Shown: piece after piece, positions 63,344 to 64,000 of the stretch
Position numbering within the stretch: position 1 is the stretch's first letter
Layout of the letters: every line of letters begins with the position of its first letter
From: an uncultured Alphaproteobacteria bacterium
GTDB taxonomy: Bacteria > Pseudomonadota > Alphaproteobacteria > Micavibrionales > CSBR16-224
DNA length: 64,000 nucleotides
Direction of reading: 5' to 3'
Assembly (NCBI GenBank): GCA_950054485.1
Contig: CATLPD010000007.1
Location: 12,262-76,261, forward strand
Notes under the pieces: model-generated
Databases searched by the model: none
Told to the model about the DNA's origin: nothing
What the model saw: only the letters and a program-made list of their open reading frames with translations
Made by a program: the position numbers and the translations under genes

Positions 63344-64000
63344 TTACTTTTTACGTGGCTGCGTTACACCGCGTTCGGAACTTTCGATAAATTCGAACAG
63401 TTTTTGCGCCGGTGCGAAATCTTTATAATCTTCTTTGCACTGCTCCAGACGGTCTTTGAAGACGCCATCGCCTTTGAACAATTTCATGAACAGCTTTTGC
63501 AGTTTTTTAACATCGCCCTCGCTAAAGCCACGGCGCAAAAGACCAACATCATTGATTTTCACAAGACCGGCACGGTCACCTTGCGCGACGCAGAATGGTG
63601 GAATATCCATTGTCGCCATAGTGCCACCACCCAGAAAACAATGATCGCCCAAGCGGGCAAACTGATGCACGGCCGCAAGGCCGCCGACGATACAGTGATC
63701 GCCAACCTGAATGTGGCCCGCAAGCGCGGCTGAGTTCACAAAAATATTGTGATTGCCGATAAATGTATCATGTCCGACATGCGAGCAGGCCATAAATAAA
63801 TTATGATCCCCAACCTTTGTCAATCCGCCGAACTGTTCAACACCCGGCTGTAAGGTTGCATATTCGCGAATAACATTGTGATTGCCAATTTCAAGGCGCG
63901 TATTAGTACCTTCCCACTTCATATCCTGCGGCGCCGATCCGACCGAGGCAAATTGATAAACCTGACAATTGTCACCCAGCGTAGTGTTTCCTTCGATAAC
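63344..64000 (-). CDS. lpxA: Acyl-ACP--UDP-N-acetylglucosamine O-acyltransferase (5' end beyond the window)
   Basis: Hexapeptide left-handed beta-helix repeats (IGNHN.I, VGDHC..), then the LpxA-type helical C-terminus GLLRRGFSEGDVKKLQKLFMKLF. The reading frame continues open to the window edge. Confidence 0.8.
   Translation of the reverse strand, partial: VIEGNTTLGDNCQVYQFASVGSAPQDMKWEGTNTRLEIGNHNVIREYATLQPGVEQFGGLTKVGDHNLFMACSHVGHDTFIGNHNIFVNSAALAGHIQVGDHCIVGGLAAVHQFARLGDHCFLGGGTMATMDIPPFCVAQGDRAGLVKINDVGLLRRGFSEGDVKKLQKLFMKLFKGDGVFKDRLEQCKEDYKDFAPAQKLFEFIESSERGVTQPRKK

Noticed and set aside
1-64000. Searched by eye for CRISPR arrays, rRNA genes, transposase/IS elements, reverse transcriptases (retron/DGR) and toxin-antitoxin pairs.
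   Set aside because: I noticed no regularly spaced repeat-spacer arrays, no rRNA-like sequence, and no transposase, RT or classic TA motifs. Scanning by eye could miss small or degenerate elements.

Overview
This window looks like an alphaproteobacterial chromosome segment. The evidence is Caulobacter-type flagellar regulators (flbT, flaF, flbD), hdaA, ffs next to dnaX, and a candidate CtrA box. I see five main parts.

1. **Graspetide (RiPP) cassette, 158-1813, next to tRNA-Gly.** This is the most unusual item. A precursor carries a Nif11-like leader followed by eight TTxxxxEE-type core repeats, and a microviridin/plesiocin-type ATP-grasp ligase sits immediately downstream.
2. **Flagellar region, about 4-20.6 kb.** It contains flbT-flaF, a flaG-like gene, a tight fliF-fliG-fliH-fliN-motA-flbD-flhA operon and flhF-flhG-fliK-like. 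Three paralogs of an unknown family (about 160 aa) flank flbT-flaF, and an antisense ankyrin-repeat gene sits between flhA and flhF.
3. **tRNA-Arg locus.** It has a 19-bp att-like duplication, a large repeat protein of unknown function, and an orphan TadG-TadG-TadE-TadE block.
4. **Integrative element of about 7.2 kb in tRNA-Thr, 41230-48394.** It is flanked by 45-bp direct repeats and carries a P4-type integrase, an AlpA-like regulator, a Prim-Pol/SF3 primase-helicase, iteron-like repeats, a structured non-coding region and unknown cargo. An extra tRNA 5' fragment suggests a second, decayed integration event.
5. **Housekeeping and sensory genes.** These are pfk, hdaA, an AI-2E transporter, a hybrid histidine kinase, dnaX, SRP RNA, yaaA, bphO-bphP-SDR, a D-Ala-D-Ala carboxypeptidase, gdh, nadD, solA, nadE-pncA-pncB, cysQ and a partial lpxA.

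I found no rRNA and no CRISPR array. All calls rest on motif recognition by eye. Start codons are approximate, and I ran no database search or composition calculation.
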